A DNA stretch of 50,243 nt from an uncultured Solibacteraceae bacterium (GTDB lineage Bacteria; Acidobacteriota; Terriglobia; Bryobacterales; Bryobacteraceae), in the NCBI GenBank assembly GCA_964395885.1, contig CAYNDS010000004.1, positions 1-50,243 on the forward strand, written 5' to 3'. Below are positions 38,363 to 47,259 of the stretch, one piece after another (position 1 is the stretch's first letter; every line of letters starts with the position of its first letter). Position numbers and translations under genes: made by a program. The notes under the pieces were generated by a model. That model did not search any database. It saw only the letters and a program-made list of their open reading frames with translations, and was not told the DNA's origin.

Positions 38363-38683
38363 TTACCGCCACCTCATCGGGGTTTCCAGGCTTGCGGCAT
38401 GCAAGCCGCTCTTCGCCGGGTAGTACGCGGCGTAGCGAATGTGCCGCAGATAGATCGGACGCAACATTGGGTCCGCAGCGCCCATGCGTTGGAGCACCGC
38501 CGTTGCGCCCACCCAGAATGCCGCCGCCAAACCGACGCCCCACCACGACGCGAGGCTGAAGCCCAGCGCCACGACGACTAGCGCCGCGATCAGCACCAAC
38601 TCGCGGTCTCCGCCAAGGATGAGATTGGGACGGTTTGCGGACTGGTGAATGACGAGCTCGCGCGGTTTGACGGCAGTTTGCAT
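38363..38683 (-). CDS. trbD: Conjugal transfer protein TrbD (VirB3-like)
   Basis: The ~106-aa product (…LVIHQSANRPNLILGGDRELVLIAALVVVALGF…) has a hydrophobic hairpin. It lies between trbC and trbE, starting at ATG 38681-38683. Confidence 0.85.
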   Translation of the reverse strand: MQTAVKPRELVIHQSANRPNLILGGDRELVLIAALVVVALGFSLASWWGVGLAAAFWVGATAVLQRMGAADPMLRPIYLRHIRYAAYYPAKSGLHAASLETPMRWR

Positions 38684-38685
38684 GG

Positions 38686-39018
38686 CTATACCACCGCCGC
38701 CGTGACGCCGAACGCCGATGACAGCATCGGAGCGGCGAAGACCAGCACCGACACGACCAAGCCGATCATGCAAGCGCGGCGGCCGAACTCAGTCAGTTCG
38801 CCGCCCCACAGCATTGCGCCGCCGGCAATCGCGATCCCGATCAATCCGATGGCATACGCCACCGGACCGGTCAACGATGTCGCGATAGCCGTCATGGGGG
38901 CTTCCCACGGCAGCGTACCGGTCGTGCCAGCGTTGGCGTGCAAGGCGGCGGCCGCGAGTAGACAGAGAAACACGGCCACGCGAGTTTGCAGCGGCCGAAG
39001 GAAATAGAGCAGGGGCAT
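38686..39018 (-). CDS. trbC: Conjugal transfer pilin-like protein TrbC (VirB2 family)
   Basis: The 110-aa product has a long signal peptide followed by two hydrophobic helices. An AGGAGA SD precedes it and the position is as expected. Confidence 0.85.
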   Translation of the reverse strand: MPLLYFLRPLQTRVAVFLCLLAAAALHANAGTTGTLPWEAPMTAIATSLTGPVAYAIGLIGIAIAGGAMLWGGELTEFGRRACMIGLVVSVLVFAAPMLSSAFGVTAAVV

Positions 39019-39042
39019 ACGTTCTCCTGTAAGTTGAGGTGA

Positions 39043-40071
39043 CTAGACGTGCTCGATCACGTACCGCCCGTCGCGGTAGTCGTGGACGAGTAGAACTTCG
39101 CGGACCTTTCGGCCCGCTGGCAAGGAGCTTTCCTCGTCCACGAAGACGACCAAGTCCACGGCGGCGGCGATTAAGCTTTGCTGTGGAGCGGTGGTTGCCT
39201 CCGCGACCAGGCTCTCCAATCGGATCAGCCCGCTGAGGGCGTCATTGGCGTGTATGGTGGCGATGCCACCGGGATGGCCCGTGTTCCAGGCCTTCAGTAG
39301 CGTGTGGGCTTCCGCGCCGCGAACTTCGCCTACTACGATGCGATGGGGTTTCAGGCGCATCGACGCCCGGAGGCAGTCGAGCATCGTCACTTTCCCAACG
39401 GCACGCAGGTCGACAAAGTTCTTCACGGCGCATTGCAGTTCAGTTGTGTCCTCGATTACAATCACGCGGTCAGACGGCGTCTCCTCGCTGAAGACATCAA
39501 GGATGGCGTTGACCAACGTGGTTTTCCCGCTGCCGGTGGAGCCGACGATCAGGATGTTCTTGCGGGCGCGCACCGCCGCCCGAATCACTTCGGCGTGCGA
39601 AAGGCCGCGGACGAGCAGTCCGAAGTCGTCCCGCCGCCGCCGTGCGTTGAGAGGGTCCTCGCCCCGCGTCAGGATGCCGCTTTGCTCATACTCGGCGAGT
39701 CGGAAGATGCGTTTCGGTCGGAGCCGGATGGCAAACACCGGCGATCTGACGACGGGAGCGGTGAGGCCTTCAAAACGGCTACCGTCGAGGGGCAGTTCCG
39801 TTTCGAGAATCGGGTTTTCGGCGTTGATGAAGCAGTCGCGAGCCGCCGCGATGGTTTGCATCGCCGTGAGCGCCTGCTGAGGCGGCAGCGTGTCCACGGC
39901 TTCGAACGGCTCTCCCATGCGCTTGATCCAAACGGAGCTATCGGGATTGAGTAAGATATCTTCCGCGCGAGGGTCTGCCAGTAGCTTGAGTATTCGGTCA
40001 CCAAGCTCGCGCCGTAACTTCACCTCCAATCTTTCTTTTTTCTCGAAATTCGCGATGTCCGCTACCGGCAT
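39043..40071 (-). CDS. trbB: Conjugal transfer ATPase TrbB (VirB11 family)
   Basis: It has Walker A (GSTGSGKTT), Walker B (VIVIEDTTEL), the His-box region (IVVGEVRGAEA…TGHPG), and is first in the trb operon. Confidence 0.9.
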   Translation of the reverse strand: MPVADIANFEKKERLEVKLRRELGDRILKLLADPRAEDILLNPDSSVWIKRMGEPFEAVDTLPPQQALTAMQTIAAARDCFINAENPILETELPLDGSRFEGLTAPVVRSPVFAIRLRPKRIFRLAEYEQSGILTRGEDPLNARRRRDDFGLLVRGLSHAEVIRAAVRARKNILIVGSTGSGKTTLVNAILDVFSEETPSDRVIVIEDTTELQCAVKNFVDLRAVGKVTMLDCLRASMRLKPHRIVVGEVRGAEAHTLLKAWNTGHPGGIATIHANDALSGLIRLESLVAEATTAPQQSLIAAAVDLVVFVDEESSLPAGRKVREVLLVHDYRDGRYVIEHV

Positions 40072-40207
40072 ATTGACCTTTTGAGTGGCTGTGATATTCT
40101 GCTTTCGTTAGTCAAGCTATCGAGCAGCCCATCTCTCCCCTTCGCGATCTATGGGCCTGTCCTAGCTACAACGGGACACCCGATTCGAACGAATCCTGGA
40201 GAGTGGT

Positions 40208-40801
40208 ATGGCTGTCGTGACGATCCCTTCGAACTTTGACGAGCTGCCGGAGCCAGTGCGCCGCAGCGTCGTACCGATCTGCCTCAACGACGTCGATGAC
40301 CGTGGTCTGGCGATCCCCCACGGTTGGATCGACGCCGTCCATCGCGTAGCGGAACCGCTGCGCCTTTTGGCCAAACGCCGCCTCGGCGACGTGTGGATGG
40401 TGTCGGAACTCACCGAGACCAGCGTTCACGCTTTGGCCAAGCGACACGGCGAGGACCTTGGCCGCCACCCGCACCGTCGTATCTATGCGCGTGCCCGTTT
40501 CGATGCGGAGGATCTGCGGCGAGTGGATTGGCGGAATCGGCGAGGAAAGGTCATCGCTCCGGGAACGCTCGACCACTTCGTCGATCCGCAGAACTATGAA
40601 TCTCTTTACATTCAGGAGCTTTCGATTCGGAAGGCGGAAGAGTTCCTGAAGGAGAACAAGCAGGAGGATCTCGTGGCGGCGCTCGACTGCATGCGCCGCG
40701 GCTTACAGTGGGAAAGCATCGGCGAAGAGGTTGATGTCAAATGGCCCAATCTCAAGCGGCGCTGGTCACGCTGGATGAGCAGATTTCGTGATCAAGTCTA
40801 G
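40208..40801 (+). CDS. Divergent sigma-70/ECF-like factor (tentative)
   Basis: The C-terminus (LVAALDCMRRGLQWESIGEEVDVKWPNLKRRWSRWMSRFRDQV) resembles a region 4.2 HTH. The central segment (SELTETSVHALAKRH…RRIYARARFDAEDLRR) resembles region 2. It is followed by a ZAS-type anti-sigma-like gene. A GGAGAG SD precedes it. Confidence 0.45.
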   Translation: MAVVTIPSNFDELPEPVRRSVVPICLNDVDDRGLAIPHGWIDAVHRVAEPLRLLAKRRLGDVWMVSELTETSVHALAKRHGEDLGRHPHRRIYARARFDAEDLRRVDWRNRRGKVIAPGTLDHFVDPQNYESLYIQELSIRKAEEFLKENKQEDLVAALDCMRRGLQWESIGEEVDVKWPNLKRRWSRWMSRFRDQV

Positions 40802-40827
40802 CCGGACATGGCATAATCGCTGGACGG

Positions 40828-41568
40828 ATGGCAGCGGACGACAGCCCGGAGCAGCGTTACAACCGGGCAATGCGGGCCGTGCAGGAGTCGATCCTCCGGG
40901 AGTTTCCTAACCCCGAGCGCAAGGGGTGTCCTGGCGACGCGGCGATTCGAGACCTGGTTCGGAACCGCTACAGTCACGGGGGCGGCGAGGTTTGGGAGCA
41001 CGTGACCCACTGCTCGCCCTGCTACCGCGAATACGTGAACTTGCTGGCGCTGGCGGAGCGGCCCAAGCGCCTTCCCCAGTTCGCGGCGATTGCAGCGGGC
41101 CTAGTGATCGTGTTCGCGATCGGCTTCTGGGCGCGTGGGTGGTGGGCCGGCCAGTCCCCCGTAGAGCAGCGACCTCCGCTTGTACAGAAGAGCCCAGAGC
41201 TGCCAAAGCAGCCACAAGTCCTCGCGGCGGTTCTGAACCTGCAAGATCTCTCGCCAACGCGCGGAGGTGATTCGGCTGCAGGAACGCTACAGCGGATTCC
41301 ACGCGCGGATGTGTCGCTGACCATCTATCTGCCGCGCGGAAGCGAGCCGGGCCGGTACTCGGTGGAGGTGCGGCGACGACCAGACTCGACCGAAGCGGTG
41401 GTTCGGAGTGAGGGTAGTGCTTCGATTCAGAACGGATTGACGATTCTGGTCGTGCGGTGCGACCTGAGCAGCGTGCCTCCCGGGAGGTACGTAGTTGCGA
41501 CACGCGGACCGGGAGAGAGTTGGAGACCCTACTCGGTCGCCATTGAGGCGGTCTCCCGTGCGAACTGA
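40828..41568 (+). CDS. Zinc-finger (HxxxCxxC) anti-sigma-factor-like membrane protein
   Basis: It has the HVTHCSPC motif at ~aa 60, a single TM (FAAIAAGLVIVFAIGFWARGWW), and a ~140-aa extracytoplasmic beta-rich domain. Confidence 0.55.
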   Translation: MAADDSPEQRYNRAMRAVQESILREFPNPERKGCPGDAAIRDLVRNRYSHGGGEVWEHVTHCSPCYREYVNLLALAERPKRLPQFAAIAAGLVIVFAIGFWARGWWAGQSPVEQRPPLVQKSPELPKQPQVLAAVLNLQDLSPTRGGDSAAGTLQRIPRADVSLTIYLPRGSEPGRYSVEVRRRPDSTEAVVRSEGSASIQNGLTILVVRCDLSSVPPGRYVVATRGPGESWRPYSVAIEAVSRAN

Positions 41569-41604
41569 TAGCATTCGCGACTACATTTAGCCTAGTTGCG
41601 TCTT

Positions 41605-41624
41605 AAGCCCGGCAACACGGGCTT
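41605..41624 (+). terminator. Hairpin after the anti-sigma gene (weak terminator candidate, no U-tract)
   Basis: AAGCCCG-gcaaca-CGGGCTT lies 37 nt after the stop at 41568. Confidence 0.3.
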
Positions 41625-41806
41625 CAAGGACATGTAAACGCCTGATTTCTCTCGGTTAGCTGTCATCATGGCGAACGCTCTTGCGAGCATGACGGATCAT
41701 CGTTCGCGGTCGGTTCCATCGATACAGCTGTGCTGCTGAGCGAAACTCGGCAGAAAAGTTGGATCGAGCGTAGTGTGTAGCGCGACACACCACAGTACAC
41801 TGAAGT

Positions 41807-44800
41807 GTGATCGAACATCCCGGCGCACTAATCAGAAGAGAAATCCTTCCCGCGATCTCCGTATCCGAAGCGGCCCGTGTGCTGGGAATAGGACGGCCGG
41901 CGCTCTCCAGCCTCCTCAATGGAAGAGCTGCACTTTCGTCCGAGATGGCAGCAAGGCTGGAAAGGGCATTTGGGGCTGATGCCAAAAAACTCTTGAAGTT
42001 ACAGGCCGATTACGACCAAAGCAAACGGCGCCATCGAATTGCCGCTTTGGCGATCACACCCTATGTGCCGCCATTCCTCAAGATCACTGCGGATCAGATT
42101 AGCCGATGGGCTACCACCATTACAGCTCGCTCTACGTTCCCCGTACTTCTCCGGAGGCTTGTGAATTCGACCGGGCGCTCTGTTACGTTCGTTGATTTTC
42201 CTGGATACGACATGGCGGAGAGGCCTGGCTGGGACGGGAGAGTCGAGTGCACGGCCCCGACACAATGGTTACCCTGTGGCGTCTCGTGCTGGGAGCTAGG
42301 GTGCAGCTCTGACCCCGGGAGGAAGGCCCGTAGCGATTACGAGAAGCGGACTAGGGAGGTTCCTCCCGGTGAAAGGCGCAAGGCTCACTTCGTCTTCGCA
42401 ACGCCACAGATCTGGAGAGACAAACAGAGGTGGGTGGACGAGATGCAAGCATCAGGCGAGTGGCGCTCTGTGAGAGCCTATGACGCCAATGATCTGGAGC
42501 ACTGGCTTGAGCAGTCTCTCCCAGCTCAGAGGTGGCTTGCCGAGCAGCTAGACATCCCACAGGATGGCGTCTATTCCCTCGAGGATCGGTGGCGTGACTT
42601 TGCTCTGCAAAGTACTCCGCCCTTGACACATCGGCTCTTCGACTCCGCCGTTCTTCGCTTTCGGTCTCTGGTCTTGGATTGGATATCCAGTCCGGATCCA
42701 CAAAAACTACTTGTAGCTGCCGACTCGAGAATTGAAGCACTAGCGTTCCTCTTCTGCCTATTCGAGCAAGAAGATTTCCACCAGTGCAGAGACCGAATTC
42801 TTGTCTTTTCCTCTGGTCCAGCACTGAAGAGGCTGACAACGCCTGAGCCGCCGTTCATCCCTGTGGTTTTCACAGACGAAGCGGAGCGTGCCCTATCCAA
42901 TGAGTACAACGGAAAACACGCAGTTATAGTACGGCACAAGCTTGCACCGTATTGCGAGCCAGCGATCACTCTTGACGTGCTTGACAACGAAGGGTTTCGG
43001 AAGGGGCTGGAAGCAATGGGGATAACGGACCATCTTGAAATTGACAAACTAGGCCGTGAGTCCGGCTATTCCCCCACGATCCTCCGTCGGCGCCTCTCTA
43101 CCGTCCCGGCAATCCAAACGCCTACCTGGGCGAAGGATGCAGAAACAGCACGCCGACTGATTCCGATGATGCTCGCTGGAGCCTGGAACGTTGAGCTTCA
43201 GGGTGACCGTGAGGCTATCGAGTCTCTGAGCCAGCAATCGGCCGACCAAATCGAAGCGACGGTTGCCGAGTTCCTGCAGCTGGAAGACTCACCGATCTGG
43301 CGATCCGGCTATTCTCGCGGCGTTGCGTCGAGGCGTGACGCTCTCTTCGCAGTGGCACCTTACCTTACAAGGAACCATATCCAAACGTTCACTTCGATCG
43401 CATACTCAGTCCTGGCCGAAGCTGATCCCACCTTGGAGCTGTCAGATGACGAGAAACCGTTCGCGGTGCTTTACAACAAGTCTCGTCTTCATTCTGATTC
43501 CCTCCGACGAGGATTATGCGTGAGCCTAGCGCTCTTGCACATTCACGGAGGAGACGTCCTGCAGCGACAGACAGGCTATGACCCTCGCCGGGACGTCGAA
43601 TCGCTTATCCGCCGCCTTCTGACGCCGCTCACGCCAGACCTGTTGTACTCACAGCAGGACCTTCTACCGCTTTACGCGGAAGCGGCTCCCGAGACGCTAC
43701 TGGCAATAATCGAAGATGACCTTGGATCTGTGGCTCCAGCCACTTACTCGCTAATCTGCCGAGGGAGCTCAGGAGTCTTCGGAAGCTGTCCTCGGAGCGG
43801 TCTTCTCTGGGCCCTAGAGGTACTTGCCTGGGATCCACTTCTCTTCTCACGGGTGTCCCTTATCCTTGCCCAGCTCGCTACGCTGCCGCTTCTGGACAAC
43901 TGGAGCAATACAGCGTTCAATAGCCTCGCAGCTGTGTTCAGGTTCTGGATGCCACAGACGACCGCAGACGTGAGCGCTCGGATTAAAGCCCTAGAAGTTG
44001 TTGTTCACCGATTCCCCGTTATTGGCTGGAAGCTGTGCATTGCGCAGCTAGCATGTTTTCTTCAGACCGGTACCTACAGCAGCCGTCCGAAGTGGCGACA
44101 GCTTTCTAAGGGCGCTGGTCACCCAATATCCAGTACTCATGAACGGGATGTGTTCCGGCGGAAGGCGCTGGACCTTGCTCTCGGCTGGGCGACACATGAT
44201 GAACACACGTTGGGCGACTTGGTGGCTACACTCAATGGTCTTTCGGAGGCTGACCAGACAGCCATATGGGACCAGATCGACAGGTGGGCCATGGAAGAAA
44301 AGGACGACAAGCGAAAGGCAGCACTCCGGGCGCAGATCCGACTCTTAACAGTTCGAATGTCGCGGGAACAGGATTCGATTGAGTCCAAAAGTCGGGCGCG
44401 ATCTGCATACGAAGCACTGGCACCGACAGATCCATCGATTGGTCATGCATGGCTCTTCGAGAATCACTGGTTAGCCTACTCCTACCAGGAACTGCAGGAA
44501 GGCCCAATTGAGCACTTGGAACGCGACGCGAAGGTCGAATCTGCAAGGCGAGCCGCCCTGTCCGAGATCTGGCAAATGAATGGTGCTGTAGGAGTCAAGT
44601 CGCTCGTAGAGACTGCCAACTCACCATTCACCGTTGGGTCAACCTTGGCGTGTTTAAAGAATGCCTTAGACCTCGAGGCGCTTCTGCTACAGCTGTTGGA
44701 CGAAAAGGACCCGGTGAAGGCCTCCAACATCGACGAGGCGATTCGGGGGCTTCTCGCGCGATTAAATCCACAGGAGCGCCTTCCGTTGATCGATGGCCTG

Positions 44801-45844
44801 ATACATCGCTCACCGACTGACGCTATTCGTCGGATTCTCAGAAGCTCGCCGTTTGGACGGGAAACGTGGAAGCGTGTTGCGAGCCGTGGTGCCGCGGTAG
44901 AGCAGCAATACTGGCGCGAGATCCACCCAGGAAGACTGGGAGATGACCGTGCAGAGCTGAATGACGCAGTCGACTGCCTGTTGGCCGCTCGAAGGCCCAG
45001 GGCGGCTTTCTACTGTGTCGAGTTCGCTCTAGAACATGTCGAGACTTCTCGGTTGCGACGTATCGTTTACGAGGTGCGAACGGTGAACGAGGAAGAGCCC
45101 GGAACATATCTGGTGGAGGCATACCATCTTTCTCAGGCTCTCGACATACTGCAAACCCGCGAAGACATTAGTGAGGAGGAGATGGCGAGTCTCGAGTTTC
45201 TGCATGTGGATGCTTTAGAACATCAGAAGCACGGCATCCCAAATCTCGAGAAGCAGTTGTCAAGGTCGCCTGCGCTGTTTGTTCGAGCCTTGGCGCTTGC
45301 GTTCGGTCGCGAAGACGGTAAGACCGATCCTCCCGAGTGGGGGCAAGTAGGTGAGGCTAGCGGCCTCCTGGCACACCGCCTCCTTCGGAATGTAAAGCGG
45401 ATTCCAGGTGCGAGCGATCGCGACAGTTGCATCAATAAGGACGCTCTGCGTACATGGGTTAGCGAATCTCGATCACTCGCTGCAGCTCATGGCAGAGCAG
45501 ACCGCGGCGATGAGTATATCGGGATCATCCTGTCGGCCTCCCCCACTGGCGAGGATGGAATCTGGCCATGTGTGGAGGTCCGCGAGGTTATTGAGGAAGC
45601 ACACAGCTACCACCTTGGCCGCGGAGTCCTTGTTGGTGTTCAGAGCTCATTCGGCGTTTATATCCGCCACGAGGGGGGGACACGAGAGAGACAGCTTGCT
45701 TCAAGGTATCAGCACTGGGCTGATGACTTGCTGGCCGAATACCCCCACACTTCCGAGGTTGTGCGCCGAATATCGCGGTCCTACGAGGACCAGGCGCGCA
45801 GAGAAGAGTTATCAGTGACGGCAAGCAGACGGCTTCGAAGTTGA
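41807..45844 (+). CDS. 1345-aa protein: N-terminal HigA/Xre-type HTH fused to a very large uncharacterised, mostly alpha-helical region
   Basis: Residues 1-75 (MIEHPGALIRREILPAISVSEAARVLGIGRPALSSLLNGRAALSSEMAARLERAFGADAKKLLKLQADYD) match the HigA antidote HTH pattern. The remainder has no P-loop or other motif I can name. The GTG start lies one codon after an in-frame stop, so it is fixed. Confidence 0.8.
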   Translation: MIEHPGALIRREILPAISVSEAARVLGIGRPALSSLLNGRAALSSEMAARLERAFGADAKKLLKLQADYDQSKRRHRIAALAITPYVPPFLKITADQISRWATTITARSTFPVLLRRLVNSTGRSVTFVDFPGYDMAERPGWDGRVECTAPTQWLPCGVSCWELGCSSDPGRKARSDYEKRTREVPPGERRKAHFVFATPQIWRDKQRWVDEMQASGEWRSVRAYDANDLEHWLEQSLPAQRWLAEQLDIPQDGVYSLEDRWRDFALQSTPPLTHRLFDSAVLRFRSLVLDWISSPDPQKLLVAADSRIEALAFLFCLFEQEDFHQCRDRILVFSSGPALKRLTTPEPPFIPVVFTDEAERALSNEYNGKHAVIVRHKLAPYCEPAITLDVLDNEGFRKGLEAMGITDHLEIDKLGRESGYSPTILRRRLSTVPAIQTPTWAKDAETARRLIPMMLAGAWNVELQGDREAIESLSQQSADQIEATVAEFLQLEDSPIWRSGYSRGVASRRDALFAVAPYLTRNHIQTFTSIAYSVLAEADPTLELSDDEKPFAVLYNKSRLHSDSLRRGLCVSLALLHIHGGDVLQRQTGYDPRRDVESLIRRLLTPLTPDLLYSQQDLLPLYAEAAPETLLAIIEDDLGSVAPATYSLICRGSSGVFGSCPRSGLLWALEVLAWDPLLFSRVSLILAQLATLPLLDNWSNTAFNSLAAVFRFWMPQTTADVSARIKALEVVVHRFPVIGWKLCIAQLACFLQTGTYSSRPKWRQLSKGAGHPISSTHERDVFRRKALDLALGWATHDEHTLGDLVATLNGLSEADQTAIWDQIDRWAMEEKDDKRKAALRAQIRLLTVRMSREQDSIESKSRARSAYEALAPTDPSIGHAWLFENHWLAYSYQELQEGPIEHLERDAKVESARRAALSEIWQMNGAVGVKSLVETANSPFTVGSTLACLKNALDLEALLLQLLDEKDPVKASNIDEAIRGLLARLNPQERLPLIDGLIHRSPTDAIRRILRSSPFGRETWKRVASRGAAVEQQYWREIHPGRLGDDRAELNDAVDCLLAARRPRAAFYCVEFALEHVETSRLRRIVYEVRTVNEEEPGTYLVEAYHLSQALDILQTREDISEEEMASLEFLHVDALEHQKHGIPNLEKQLSRSPALFVRALALAFGREDGKTDPPEWGQVGEASGLLAHRLLRNVKRIPGASDRDSCINKDALRTWVSESRSLAAAHGRADRGDEYIGIILSASPTGEDGIWPCVEVREVIEEAHSYHLGRGVLVGVQSSFGVYIRHEGGTRERQLASRYQHWADDLLAEYPHTSEVVRRISRSYEDQARREELSVTASRRLRS

Positions 45845-46011
45845 GCTTCTTATGTTGCCAAGGCGAGGAGGTGAGACTGCGCGACGTCAAGCCTGACTAG
45901 TGGGCTCCACTCCAGATGCTCGTAGGTCAGAGGATGCTCCTGCCGCTCGGCGAACTCAAACCACCAGTCGCGGTAGACGCATGAGCGTGCGGATTGTCGG
46001 CCCACAATCTT

Positions 46012-47259
46012 TCAGCGATGGACGTGAGCTGAGGCTTGTTCTAGTTGATCATCAATAGCCCTTGCCAAATGTTCAGGAATCTGATCCACACGTTCATTCG
46101 GTTCGACGCCCTTTCCCTCGACCGGTTGCCCCTCCGACGTGAACCAGGCCGCGATCGGAATCCGCAGGCGATAGCCGGACGGCAGTGTGAAATTCGCGCC
46201 GCCCAGCACCTCTCCCGCGGATGGTTCACCGATGATCGTTGCGAGACCATTCGCCTTCGCAAAAGTAGTCACCATCTCCGCCGCGCTGTGCGAGAACCGG
46301 TTCTGCAATACAGAAATGCGGCTGTGGAATGGCTGCTGGCCGAGCCCCTCGGTCACCAAGCGCATGGACCGGTCTCGGTTCAGCAGTAGAAATCGGAGCG
46401 CCAAAGGTACCGCGCCCAGCTTGCTGTCGGGAACTTTGTCGATGCTGGGGAGGGAGTCCGGAGAAGCGGTGGCGCGCTTTCGTGTCAGGGTGTAGCCCAC
46501 CAAGCGCTTGTCCGGACAGAACAAGCTCATCAGCCGAAGCGAGCCTAGGCCGCCACCTACGTTTCCTCGAAGATCGACGACCAGGCGCTGGCAACCATGG
46601 CGGTTCAAGTCTTGTAAGGCCTGTCCGAGTGCTTTGACGAAGTCCAGGCCAACGGCCCCCGGAAATCGCGCGACCCGGAGGTAGCCAACGTCTTTTGAGA
46701 GCATCTTGTGACTGATTGCGCGCGGCTGAATGTTCGTTTGGCCTTTGATCGGGAGTCCGCCGGCCTGGATGCTGACAAGGCGGGTGGTTCCGTTCGGAAA
46801 TAGCCGGGTCGTCAATTCGTGAACCTTTCCCGCTCCCCAGAGCGGCGGTTTGTCGGTGGCGAGCGGCTTGCCATCTACGGCAACCAGCACCTCGCCCGGT
46901 TTCAGACCCGCACGGGCGGCAATACCTTCGTCGAGCACATCCCAGAACAACCATTCGAACCCTCGCGGACTCTCAATCCGGCGCAGCGTCGCGTGAAGTG
47001 CATGCGCGGTGGGCACGCCTTGGCCACTAGGAGCGATGAGGGCCGTATGGCTGGTCCCGAGCACGCCGAGGAGGTTCGCCACGCCAAGTTCGAAGTCCTG
47101 ATCGGTCTTTGTCGCGGTCAGGCCCGCCGACTGGTCGTCCACAAGCGCCGCCCAATTGTCGTAGGATCGCGTCGGATTGCGCGGATCGATGTGTCTCTCG
47201 ATGACGAGCGCCCGGACCGCGCCGAGGATGGCGGCTTTCTCTTCATTGCTTAGGCTCAT
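46012..47259 (-). CDS. S41-family peptidase with PDZ domain; no signal peptide, so cytoplasmic
   Basis: It has a PDZ segment (GLKPGEVLVAVDGKPL), VVDLRGNVGGG, and the nucleophile motif FSHSAAEM (Ser codon at 46285-46287). A strong AGGAGGGG SD precedes it and its start overlaps the CHAT gene stop by 17 nt. Confidence 0.85.
   Translation of the reverse strand: MSLSNEEKAAILGAVRALVIERHIDPRNPTRSYDNWAALVDDQSAGLTATKTDQDFELGVANLLGVLGTSHTALIAPSGQGVPTAHALHATLRRIESPRGFEWLFWDVLDEGIAARAGLKPGEVLVAVDGKPLATDKPPLWGAGKVHELTTRLFPNGTTRLVSIQAGGLPIKGQTNIQPRAISHKMLSKDVGYLRVARFPGAVGLDFVKALGQALQDLNRHGCQRLVVDLRGNVGGGLGSLRLMSLFCPDKRLVGYTLTRKRATASPDSLPSIDKVPDSKLGAVPLALRFLLLNRDRSMRLVTEGLGQQPFHSRISVLQNRFSHSAAEMVTTFAKANGLATIIGEPSAGEVLGGANFTLPSGYRLRIPIAAWFTSEGQPVEGKGVEPNERVDQIPEHLARAIDDQLEQASAHVHR

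Noticed and set aside
41569-41806. Search for a HigB/RelE-type toxin ORF upstream of the HigA-like HTH
   Set aside because: All + strand frames close within 23 codons or fewer (the longest is MANALASMTDHRSRSVPSIQLCC). Nothing resembles a HigB C-terminus. The listed minus-strand ORF 41656-41985 overlaps the start of the large gene and has no SD.
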